NCBI GenBank assembly: GCA_043800705.1
Contig: JAZDMS010000017.1
Span: forward strand, 1,975-65,974
Source: Candidatus Altiarchaeota archaeon
GTDB taxonomy: Archaea; Altiarchaeota; Altiarchaeia; IMC4; SCGC-AAA252-I15
Reading direction: 5' to 3'
Length of the DNA: 64,000 nt
Shown here one piece after another: positions 17,955 to 26,367 of this stretch (positions within the stretch are counted from its first letter, which is position 1; every line of letters starts with the position of its first letter). Under the pieces are notes generated by a model. It had not been told where the DNA came from. It was given only the letters and a program-made list of their open reading frames with translations, and made no database searches. A program made the position numbers and the translations under genes.

Positions 17955-19997
17955 TTAGGTTTCAAGCCTCAGCCTCACGTATCCCACGAGATTCAAAGCC
18001 GCCACCATATAGCACATTGAATCTAATCCGACTGCCGGGATAAAAAGAAGGCTTGTCAGGATGCACCCTGCGAATGCTCCGGTGAAATCCAGGCCCAGGA
18101 CGGAGCCCGAAGCCTTTCGCAGGTCTGGATGAGCCGCAGCCTGAGCGAGAATAGCGCCGCACATCGCCCCTGCTGCGAATGTGAATGCGGGATACAAGAC
18201 GGATGGTGCGAACCTGGACAGGCTGGGGAGCATCATGGAAAAAGCGGCGACACAAAGCACCGCGAATCTGAGCTTCGTTCCGCGGAGCATATGCGCCCCG
18301 GCGAAGAGCCCCAGCATGTATGCAGCTACGATGACTCCAAGCTGATCGTAGACATACCCGTAGCTTGACTGGAAGATGAGCATGACGACGATCTCAAGCG
18401 CCATCCCCGTAAACCCGGCGGCAAAAAGGTTTGATTTGACCGGCGTTAGCCTCATCCAATACAAAAAGAAGATGGCGATCAAGGCGGCTGCGACATATCT
18501 TGCGCCTGCTTTCATCCCGTATTGCCCATACCAATAATTCAGGTATTCCCCGTAGGCTATCGGCTTCATATCCGTGTTCACGCCCCCTCCAGACGAAACC
18601 GCCCCCATGAGGTGGCTTATCCTCTCTCCGGTAATGGTTCCCCTCAAATGTTCTTCGTTGACGTATTCGGTCTTGATGCCTTCATTTTCTATGGGGCGGC
18701 CTACGTCATATGTCATTGTAGACTGTGAGCCGACATATACGTTTGATCCAGCGGGAAAAGCGACAACCTCTGTGAACGCGGTTTTTAGCGTCCTATAGAT
18801 GCCGGCGTTGAGGCTCTTTTCCTCGGTACTCATATAGTCGGCGCCTCCCGGCAGCTTCAGGGACAGTACGCCCCCAGCGTTCATGATGCGTGACGCCTCG
18901 GTGAGGAAATCCCTCGTGTAGAACCTGTTCAACTGTGCATTTAATGGCGGGGGCATGTCGACGATGACGGCGTCGTATCTCATGTGCGTCGACTTCACAT
19001 AGGACCTGCCGTCGGAAAAGATCAGATTGACCCTGGGATCGTCAAGTCCCTCAGTCAATCCGTATTTTCCCGCCAGAGAAAAGGCTTCGGCATCCATCTC
19101 CACCACGTCGATCCTCTCTGCCGGATACTTGAGCGCTTCTCTGACGGAGCCTGACATCCCTCCCCCGATTATGAGGATGTCGCGGGCGTCCTGCCTCTGC
19201 GCGAGCGCGAAATGGACCGTCTCCTCCGCACCCCTCACATCGTTCTGCAAGCTTGCAGGCAGCCCGTTCACATAGAAGTTCACCTGATTGCCGGTCCTTG
19301 TGACGACGATGCTCCCGTACCTAGTGTATCCCTGTTCAAGTACCCCCTGACCCGGATAAAGCGATGAAAAGGTCGCGGACTGAACGTCTATATACATAGA
19401 TGCTGCGAACAACGCGGCCAGCAGGATGGCAACGGGTCTAAGCGGCCGGTGGACCAGTGCCATGGTGAAAAGCAACGTAAATGCGGCAATATAGGATATT
19501 CTATACGGGTCCAGCCCAACGAGGAAGAAGGTATAAACGGCGCCTCCGAATGCGCTCCCAAGGGAATCGGCGGCATAGGCAAAGCCCGTCCCCCCCACCC
19601 CCCTTCTTGCAAGGAGCGTCGATGCGAACGTTATCTGTGCGCCGTTCAACATGCAAAAGAAGGCAAGGGCGGAAGCCACGGCCAAGGCAAGCTGATGCGG
19701 CCCGCCCGACTGGCCGCTTACCAAAAAGTATGCGCTTGCGGTCCTGGCCAGATAGACGCTCAGCGGGGAGAGGATCGCGGATAGGCCCAGGCTCCAGCCG
19801 AATTGCTTTTCCCTATCCCCTTCGAAACAAGAGGCTATATGGCATCCGATGGCGGTGAAAAGAAGCCAAAAGCCCAAGACGACCCCGATCGTCAGCTCAT
19901 TGCCGTTGTACAGGCAGAGAAACTCGCGAAGGAGAGCAAGCTGGAGAACGATCGATGCGAAGCCCAGTGTGCCGCAGGCAAGCAGGATGTGTCTCAT
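17955..19997 (-). CDS. Fused polytopic membrane / spermidine synthase-like (SpeE-fold methyltransferase-like) protein
   Basis: It has about 7 N-terminal TMs. A central SpeE-like domain follows (ILIIGGGMSGSVREALKY...ERIDVVEMD...VIVDMPPP). More TMs close the protein. The ATG at 19997 is preferred because the track start at 20051 is TTG and would overlap carS. Confidence 0.7.
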   Translation of the reverse strand: MRHILLACGTLGFASIVLQLALLREFLCLYNGNELTIGVVLGFWLLFTAIGCHIASCFEGDREKQFGWSLGLSAILSPLSVYLARTASAYFLVSGQSGGPHQLALAVASALAFFCMLNGAQITFASTLLARRGVGGTGFAYAADSLGSAFGGAVYTFFLVGLDPYRISYIAAFTLLFTMALVHRPLRPVAILLAALFAASMYIDVQSATFSSLYPGQGVLEQGYTRYGSIVVTRTGNQVNFYVNGLPASLQNDVRGAEETVHFALAQRQDARDILIIGGGMSGSVREALKYPAERIDVVEMDAEAFSLAGKYGLTEGLDDPRVNLIFSDGRSYVKSTHMRYDAVIVDMPPPLNAQLNRFYTRDFLTEASRIMNAGGVLSLKLPGGADYMSTEEKSLNAGIYRTLKTAFTEVVAFPAGSNVYVGSQSTMTYDVGRPIENEGIKTEYVNEEHLRGTITGERISHLMGAVSSGGGVNTDMKPIAYGEYLNYWYGQYGMKAGARYVAAALIAIFFLYWMRLTPVKSNLFAAGFTGMALEIVVMLIFQSSYGYVYDQLGVIVAAYMLGLFAGAHMLRGTKLRFAVLCVAAFSMMLPSLSRFAPSVLYPAFTFAAGAMCGAILAQAAAHPDLRKASGSVLGLDFTGAFAGCILTSLLFIPAVGLDSMCYMVAALNLVGYVRLRLET

Positions 19998-20038
19998 CGG
20001 TTTAACTCTTATACCCTCTCTTGATAATATTATGAAGT

Positions 20039-20572
20039 ATGTCCGTTCCAAGCATCATAGGCGTCGTATGGTTCATCCTGCCCGCATATGTAGCCAACTC
20101 CATGGCGATCAACGTCTCCGGCATCACGTTTCTTAAGCGGTTTTCTACCCCGATCGACTTCGGACGAAGCTGGGGTGGCAAGAGACTACTCGGCGACGGA
20201 AAGACCTGGCGGGGGCTCATAGGCGGAATCTCATTCGCCGTCCTCTGCGCACTATTGCAGTCCCGGCTGAATCCCGCAGGCCTCTACCAGATGACCCCTC
20301 CTCTTGGCTTTCTCCTAGGCTTTGGGGCGCTGATGGGCGACATGGCCGAGAGCGTCCTCAAGCGGAGGATGGGCTTCGACAGGGGCGCGCACCTTTTCCT
20401 CCTCGACCAGCTCGACTACATATTCGGTGCATATATCCTCGCCTGGACGGTCGTGCCGATCGCCTCGATAGGCTGGGAGTACTTATTATTGACCTGCATA
20501 ATCACGGTACCGGCACATTATCTCGCGAGCTTCGTCGCTTGGAAGCTCAAATTGAAGAAGAACCCATGGTGA
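20039..20572 (+). CDS. carS: CDP-archaeol synthase (CDP-2,3-bis-O-geranylgeranyl-sn-glycerol synthase, DUF46 family)
   Basis: 177-aa membrane protein. LPAYVANS...PIDFG...GDGKTWRG matches CarS family hallmarks. Confidence 0.8.
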   Translation: MSVPSIIGVVWFILPAYVANSMAINVSGITFLKRFSTPIDFGRSWGGKRLLGDGKTWRGLIGGISFAVLCALLQSRLNPAGLYQMTPPLGFLLGFGALMGDMAESVLKRRMGFDRGAHLFLLDQLDYIFGAYILAWTVVPIASIGWEYLLLTCIITVPAHYLASFVAWKLKLKKNPW

Positions 20573-21975
20573 ATGCATTGAAGGATTACGACGTGATAGT
20601 CGTCGGCGCAGGGGTCAGCGGCCTCCTCTCAGCGCTGGCCCTGTCAAAGGAGGGAAAGAACGTACTCATACTGGAGCGGGAGAAATTCGTTGGCGGAAAT
20701 CTCCGCACATATTCCCTCGACGGGTATACCGTGGATACCGGCCTGCATGCGATAACACACGTCAACGACGGCCCCCTCCGAAAGCTGATGGACGAGTACT
20801 TCGACATCTTCCCGAAATTCCTGCCATACGGCGACTACCATATAAGGATGAGGAACAAGCTCATAATCTTCCCATGGACGGTGCAGTCGTGGGTTAACTT
20901 CGAGGCGCTGCCGCAGAAGGACAGGATGACTATCACGAGCCTCCTCGGCTCGTCCGTCGCGTTCAGCATATTCGGCGCAGTGGACAAGAACCAGAGCGTC
21001 TACGACTTCCTGAAGAAGAACGAGTTCAGCCAGAAGACCTGGAACTTCATAGACACCATGTGCTACTTCATGAGCGGAAAAAGCATGATGAAGACGCCCG
21101 TATGGCGCATCCTAAGGGGCGCCCGCTACATGGACGAGGACAAGAAGGACTTCATAGGCGATAAGGTCATGGGCCACATAGCGAGCTTCGCGAAGCTAGT
21201 CAACTACGATGGCAGCTACCACCAGGCATACCCCAGAAGCGGAGTAGGAGCCATCACGGACTGCATAATACAGTCGTTCCCCCGCGGAAGGGTCACCATC
21301 AAGTGCGGCCAGACGGTGTCCTCGATAAGCGGATCGTCGAGGGCCACCGGCGTATCGACGGAGGGCGAGGAATTCACCGCTCCGACCGTCGTCTATTCCG
21401 GTTACATGAAGGACCTTCCCAATCTCACGGAAGAGCTGCCTAAGCAGTATGTCCACGACCTGGAGACCCTCGAACAGACGACCTCCGTCACGGTATGGCT
21501 CGGCCTCGACAGGAAAATGAAGGAATTCGGCTACTACGGCTCCGAGATTTGGTTCGAGGAAGGCCATTTCTGGGGTATGCCGACGTCCAACTACAACGAC
21601 TCGTTCGCCCCAAGCGGCAAGCAGCTGGTAGGCTTCACATCCATCGTCGACGGCAACCCTAAGGGAGCCGAAAAAAAGCTGATGAACTCCATTGTGGCCG
21701 CGATACCCCGGATTGAAGACCACATAGAGTTCAAGCACACGCAGATAACGATACCCGAGAAGGCGGCGATAACTGTCGGTTCCAAATTCCCCTCGACGAA
21801 TTCGCCCCTGAAGGGGCTGTACCTCGTCGGCACCGACACAGACATAAGGAGCATGGGCGTCACAAGGGCCTCGTTCTCCGTCCTGGAGATGCTGAGCCAT
21901 ATGCGCAAGGAAGGAAGACTGCCGGAAAAAACAAAAACCGCATATAAAAAGCAGCACATAAAAAATCTGAGATAA
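20566..21975 (+). CDS. FAD-dependent oxidoreductase, phytoene desaturase (CrtI)/amine oxidase-like
   Basis: The N-terminal dinucleotide fold is DVIVVGAGVSGLLSALALSKEGKNVLILE. The ATG at 20566 overlaps the carS stop by 7 nt. The track start at 20539 is TTG. Confidence 0.75.
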   Translation: MVNALKDYDVIVVGAGVSGLLSALALSKEGKNVLILEREKFVGGNLRTYSLDGYTVDTGLHAITHVNDGPLRKLMDEYFDIFPKFLPYGDYHIRMRNKLIIFPWTVQSWVNFEALPQKDRMTITSLLGSSVAFSIFGAVDKNQSVYDFLKKNEFSQKTWNFIDTMCYFMSGKSMMKTPVWRILRGARYMDEDKKDFIGDKVMGHIASFAKLVNYDGSYHQAYPRSGVGAITDCIIQSFPRGRVTIKCGQTVSSISGSSRATGVSTEGEEFTAPTVVYSGYMKDLPNLTEELPKQYVHDLETLEQTTSVTVWLGLDRKMKEFGYYGSEIWFEEGHFWGMPTSNYNDSFAPSGKQLVGFTSIVDGNPKGAEKKLMNSIVAAIPRIEDHIEFKHTQITIPEKAAITVGSKFPSTNSPLKGLYLVGTDTDIRSMGVTRASFSVLEMLSHMRKEGRLPEKTKTAYKKQHIKNLR

Positions 21976-22025
21976 AGGGCATATACGGCCCTTCTAGTCT
22001 ACTCCCCCCAGGTTAGCATATTGGG

Positions 22026-22367
22026 CTACCCGATGGCGGTCCCTCCCCTTTCCCCGGTCCTTATCCTGACGCATTCCTGCAGCGGGATCACGAATATCTT
22101 GCCGTCGCCGATTTCGCCGGTTCTAGCCCCCCTGACGATCGCGTCGATCGTAGTCTCCACGAAGCCCTCGTTCACGGCGATCTCGATCCTCACCTTCGGA
22201 AGGAGGTTAACTTCCTCGCTGGCGGTCCTGAATACTTCGGTGAATCCCTTCTGCTGGCCGCAGCCGCGGGAATTGGTGACCGACATTTTGTAGACCTCGG
22301 CCTTGTACAGCTCCTTCTTCACCTCATTGAAACGCTCCGGCTTGATATATGCTATTATCAACCTCAT
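22026..22367 (-). CDS. glnK: P-II nitrogen regulatory protein
   Basis: 113 aa. MRLIIAYIKPERFNEVKKEL...GDGKIFV is classic P-II, and the gene lies directly downstream of amt. Confidence 0.9.
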   Translation of the reverse strand: MRLIIAYIKPERFNEVKKELYKAEVYKMSVTNSRGCGQQKGFTEVFRTASEEVNLLPKVRIEIAVNEGFVETTIDAIVRGARTGEIGDGKIFVIPLQECVRIRTGERGGTAIG

Positions 22368-22376
22368 TTTTCCACC

Positions 22377-23726
22377 TCAACTCGGTATCTCCATCCCCGG
22401 ATATGCCTCCTCCCCATGCTGCGTAAGGTCCAGGCCGACTATCTCCTCCTCTTTCTTCACCCTTATCCCGACCGTATGATCCAGAACCTTGAAGATGACC
22501 GCCGTCCCGACCGCCGCGTAGGCCATGACGCTGACCACTGCGACCGCCTGAATCATCAAAAGTTGCGTGTTCCCGTAAAGTAGTCCGTCGGCTCCGGCCG
22601 GATTTATCGCCTTCTGGGCAAATACTCCGGTCAGCAACGCTCCGAGTATTCCACCTACGCCGTGGCATCCCATCACGTCCAATGCGTCGTCTATCCTCGT
22701 ATGGGCCTTCAACAGATACACGGAAAGATAGCAAACTGCCCCCGCCGCGAGCCCGATTATTATCGAAGCCGGAACGCTGACGAACCCGGAGGCCGGCGTT
22801 ATCGCGACGAGGCCGCAGACGGCTCCAGTCGCTATCCCCAGGCTCGACGGCTTCTTCGTGTGCGCCCAGCTGACCAGCATCCATGAGACGGCTGCCGCTG
22901 CCGCGGCGGTGTTCGTCACGACAAGCGCCTGTGCGGCAATCCCGTTTGCTGCCAGCGCGCTTCCTGCGTTGAAACCGAACCATCCGAACCAGAGGAGGGC
23001 GGCTCCGAGGATGGTCATGGTTATGTCGTGGGGTTTGAGAATGCTGCCTGCGCCAAGCTCGCTCCGTCTGCCGATCAGCACCGCGACGACGAGTGCGGAG
23101 ACCCCTGCGGATATGTGGACCACGGTCCCTCCCGCGAAGTCGAGGGTGCCGAGGCCGCGCAGCCAACCGCCCGCCCCCCAGACCCAGTGCGCTACCGGGT
23201 CGTATACGAGCGTCGCCCACAGGAGCACGAACAATATGAACGAGGAGAACTTCATCCTGTCGGCGAACGCCCCTATTATCAGCGCGGGGGTAATGACCGC
23301 GAACATCATCTGGAATGCCATGAACCCGAGCGCTGGCACGGTGGCGCTGTAGTCGGGATCGGGGCCGATGCCGACCCCTTCCATCGCGGCGAATTCGAAT
23401 CCGCCGATCAACCCCCCGATATCGCCTCCGAAGGAGAGGCTGTATCCGAACAGGACCCACTGCAGGCTGATCAGCGAGAGGATGACTATGCATTGGGTTA
23501 TTATCGAAAGGGTGTTCTTCTTCCTTACCATCCCTCCGTAGAAGAATCCCAGCGCGGGTGTCATCAGCATCACGAGCGCAGCGCAAAAAAGTACCCAGGC
23601 TGTGTCTCCCGAGTCGATAGCGCCGGATTCCGCATACGCGGAAGACGCTCCAATCACAAAAACCGCAGATAACGCCGAAATGCTTTTCCAGACAGACATT
23701 TTCCTCACATTTGTGTATTTATTCAA
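22377..23726 (-). CDS. amt: Ammonium transporter (Amt family)
   Basis: Multi-pass membrane protein with the Amt signatures DFAGGTVVHISAG and GVGGILGALLTG. The alternative start is the ATG at 23699. Confidence 0.92.
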   Translation of the reverse strand: MNKYTNVRKMSVWKSISALSAVFVIGASSAYAESGAIDSGDTAWVLFCAALVMLMTPALGFFYGGMVRKKNTLSIITQCIVILSLISLQWVLFGYSLSFGGDIGGLIGGFEFAAMEGVGIGPDPDYSATVPALGFMAFQMMFAVITPALIIGAFADRMKFSSFILFVLLWATLVYDPVAHWVWGAGGWLRGLGTLDFAGGTVVHISAGVSALVVAVLIGRRSELGAGSILKPHDITMTILGAALLWFGWFGFNAGSALAANGIAAQALVVTNTAAAAAAVSWMLVSWAHTKKPSSLGIATGAVCGLVAITPASGFVSVPASIIIGLAAGAVCYLSVYLLKAHTRIDDALDVMGCHGVGGILGALLTGVFAQKAINPAGADGLLYGNTQLLMIQAVAVVSVMAYAAVGTAVIFKVLDHTVGIRVKKEEEIVGLDLTQHGEEAYPGMEIPS

Positions 23727-23912
23727 TATTTACAACTAATTATGAAGAACTTATATAAAAATCAACTATATTTTGAATGAATCCTTATAATGTATTTATT
23801 ATCATTTTTGACTATTTTTCATATTAGAATCTGAAAAAGAGCCGGTTGCCTGCCGCATGTCCGCGGCTAAATCCCCTGCTGGGATTATAAGCTTTCCTTC
23901 CCAATCAGAGGC
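23727..23912. promoter_or_regulatory. AT-rich divergent promoter region (amt-glnK to the left, a DUF2807-like gene to the right)
   Basis: This 186-nt stretch is much more AT-rich than its flanks. It has several TATA-like runs (TTATATAAAAAT, TTATAATGTATTTATTATCA). Confidence 0.4.
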
Positions 23913-24647
23913 GTGAAGCGTCATATTGCGTTTTCTTTAGTGGCTGCGGTTGCGTTGCTTGCTGCAGGCTATATGCTTTATCTGAACCTGGGTCTGGGTT
24001 GCGTCCGCGGCACAGGCCGCGTCATTACGGAAACGCGTCAGGTCCAGGCGTTCGGTTCGGTTGCCGTCGACGGACTGGTCACGGTGCACCTGGCTGAGGC
24101 TCAGACACCGTCAGTGGTGGTTTCCGCTGAAGACAGCGTAGCCGGCATGGTCGTCACGCGAACCGAAAGCGGCATACTACGGATCGGACTTAAGGATACC
24201 TGCGTAGTGGGACGTATCGAGCCTGTCGTCGTAAGGGTGTCTGCGCCGAGGTTCTCATCCGTGAGCGCAGGCAACCTAGCCCGGGTAGTTTCCGAATCCG
24301 CGATCGATGCGTACGAACTGACGCTCACAGCGTCCAAAGACGCGAGGATCGATGCGACAGTCGATGCAGTCTGGCTAAAAACGCTCGCTTCCGACGGCGG
24401 GGTGATCAGCATCGGAGGAAACGCGCAAAGGCATGAGGCGTTCTCCACCTCCCGTGGACAAATCCTAGCGTATGGGCTCGCAGCTAACGAAACGACAGCA
24501 ACAGGCGAGAATTTCGGCATCATCCAGGCATATTCCATTGGCGCATTATCCGCCAAGGCGGATTCAACGGGGGCACTCTATTACATGGGGCCTGGCACTG
24601 TGACGATGCAGAATACTGAAGGAGGCACTATAGAGCGGGCTGGCTGA
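23913..24647 (+). CDS. Membrane-anchored DUF2807-like (GIN/adhesin-head-like beta-solenoid) protein
   Basis: GTG start followed by an N-terminal TM. GTGRVITETRQVQAFGSVAVDGLVTVHL...VVVSAED resembles the DUF2807 repeat pattern. Confidence 0.55.
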   Translation: MKRHIAFSLVAAVALLAAGYMLYLNLGLGCVRGTGRVITETRQVQAFGSVAVDGLVTVHLAEAQTPSVVVSAEDSVAGMVVTRTESGILRIGLKDTCVVGRIEPVVVRVSAPRFSSVSAGNLARVVSESAIDAYELTLTASKDARIDATVDAVWLKTLASDGGVISIGGNAQRHEAFSTSRGQILAYGLAANETTATGENFGIIQAYSIGALSAKADSTGALYYMGPGTVTMQNTEGGTIERAG

Positions 24648-24706
24648 TAGCGGTTACCAAACGGTAACCTGGCCCTATATCTTAGGCCCGCTCGTAAGCA
24701 TCTGCA

Positions 24707-25294
24707 ATGGATCGGAAAATCAGCGTTCGGTGGGCCTTTTTTTACGTCCTCCTTACAGCTTCATTCCTTACTCTCGGGTGCATCGGCGCCCAGGATGTGA
24801 AGATGGCCCCGACATCGTCGACCGCGTCGACGGTAACATCATCCTCAACTTCGACCACGTCATCCTCAACTTCGATCGCGTCATCCTCGTCCACGTCCTC
24901 CACATCCACCACGTCCACAACTACTTCGACATCGACTACTATGCCCCGATATGTCGACCTGGCCATCGGCTCCATCGACAAATGCAAGGAGACACAGCTT
25001 GGAAAGATGAACAACGCCCTCGTGGAAATCCCCGGAAACGTCAGCGGAAGATGGGGAAACAACGTCGCCGAGGCATTATCGATTAGCTGCGACGGTCTCC
25101 CCGGGATTTCCCCCTACAGGGTCGTGTTTCGCGGAGGCAATACGGTTGGCGCCAAGAATCCGCTGGCAGGCCAATACCGTCTGATGGTCAAATGCGGCCA
25201 CAATGCCGTCCTCTATGACCTCAGGGACTGCAAGAACCTCACGGTCACGCTCGACGCCTTTGCGGCATCGAATGCTACTGCATCTCTGCCTTAA
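24707..25294 (+). CDS. Secreted protein with a long Ser/Thr-rich linker
   Basis: A signal-like N-terminus is followed by about 45 residues of S/T low complexity. That stretch is encoded by an imperfect 24-nt DNA repeat at about 24830-24950. Confidence 0.6.
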   Translation: MDRKISVRWAFFYVLLTASFLTLGCIGAQDVKMAPTSSTASTVTSSSTSTTSSSTSIASSSSTSSTSTTSTTTSTSTTMPRYVDLAIGSIDKCKETQLGKMNNALVEIPGNVSGRWGNNVAEALSISCDGLPGISPYRVVFRGGNTVGAKNPLAGQYRLMVKCGHNAVLYDLRDCKNLTVTLDAFAASNATASLP

Positions 25295-25394
25295 ATCCGA
25301 GAAACTCAAGGTCGGTGGCGTCAAAGTATCTTATAAACAGGTTAACATCCAAAAGACGGTCTTCAAGGGTTTGTAAAATCGTTTGCGTTGGCAT
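25275..25394 (-). CDS. Possible small protein (39 aa, MPTQTILQTLEDRLLDVNLFIRYFDATDLEFLGFKAEMQ)
   Basis: It is below the track length cut-off. The ATG at 25394 is preceded by GAGGAGGTG 5 nt upstream. It overlaps the 3' end of the convergent gene by 20 nt. Confidence 0.2.
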   Translation of the reverse strand: MPTQTILQTLEDRLLDVNLFIRYFDATDLEFLGFKAEMQ

Positions 25395-25494
25395 CGTACA
25401 CCTCCTCACACGACCAAGGACCGAAACGGCAAACAGGCAACCCCCGTATGATTATTCGTAAAAGACCTATTTATACCTGTCGGATAAGGCTGAT

Positions 25495-25848
25495 GTGCAT
25501 ATCCCCTTATATTGGCCATATGCCAATATTCAGGGCATGGTAGGGGATGGATGGGTCCCGGTAAGGCCCGGTATAATGCGAAAACCGCTGGCTATCGAGC
25601 CAGGGCGGGGCATCCAGGCGGATATAATGCGGATAGAACCCGACTTCACGGACCTGCCCCATACGCATAACGGCTTCGAATGGGTATACCTCCTGGAGGG
25701 GGGTTTCACAGACCAGGCCGGAGAGCATAAAAAAGGTGATTTCCTCATAAACACGACAGAGGGGGTCCATCAACTTCGGACAGGAAAAGAGGGCTGCACC
25801 CTGATTATCGTGTGGACCGGCTCGGTTACCCGCATCAAACCCGGATGA
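25495..25848 (+). CDS. Cupin-fold protein
   Basis: LPHTHNGFEWVYLLEGGF...GDFLINTTEGVHQ fits the two cupin motifs. The start is GTG and uncertain. Confidence 0.65.
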   Translation: MHIPLYWPYANIQGMVGDGWVPVRPGIMRKPLAIEPGRGIQADIMRIEPDFTDLPHTHNGFEWVYLLEGGFTDQAGEHKKGDFLINTTEGVHQLRTGKEGCTLIIVWTGSVTRIKPG

Positions 25849-26329
25849 ATGCTAGCTTCTCCTTGATCAGGCTATGGAGCCTGTTAGTCTCCCCGGAAAG
25901 CCTCGAATACTGGTTTGCCACTGAAAAACGGATATTTCCCATGTCGAAACCCCTCCTATAGAGTATTTCGACAGACTCCTGGCCAAAGGGATGCTTTACG
26001 ATAGAAAAACCCCTGATGTCCTCGAAACGGATTTCGTCGTATTGGCCGCTGTCCAGCTGATCATATTCTTCAGCCCACAATTCTGCAGACAAACCTGGCT
26101 TGAAAAGGATGCCCGGCCGCAGCGTCAATAAAGCCTGCCAGACGAGCGGATCCCTAAGATAATCCCGCATGCCGTAATGGTTGTGCCACCGGCCGATGTG
26201 CAGCCCCTTTTCGCTTATCAGAAGAGGCCTGATGTCAAGGCCCCACCCATATGTCTTCATGTCGATCTCGATGAAGAAGACGTTCGGCGGCAGCATGCCC
26301 TTGTCCATGAAATAACTAAACTGTCGCAT
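25835..26329 (-). CDS. Hypothetical protein (164 aa)
   Basis: Clean ORF with normal composition. I recognise no motif. Confidence 0.5.
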   Translation of the reverse strand: MRQFSYFMDKGMLPPNVFFIEIDMKTYGWGLDIRPLLISEKGLHIGRWHNHYGMRDYLRDPLVWQALLTLRPGILFKPGLSAELWAEEYDQLDSGQYDEIRFEDIRGFSIVKHPFGQESVEILYRRGFDMGNIRFSVANQYSRLSGETNRLHSLIKEKLAFIRV

Positions 26330-26367
26330 CTATTTAATCTATTATCCTCGACTTCCTTCAACATATC

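Noticed and set aside
22324-23586. 420-aa ORF on the minus strand overlapping amt
   Set aside because: It is an alternative frame of the amt gene. The product is extremely Arg/Gly/Asp-rich, whereas the annotated frame gives a textbook Amt transporter.
24830-24950. Imperfect 24-nt tandem DNA repeat (GTCATCCTCAACTTCGA-type), checked as a possible CRISPR or satellite
   Set aside because: It lies in-frame within a signal-peptide-bearing ORF and encodes a Ser/Thr low-complexity linker. There is no repeat-spacer organisation.
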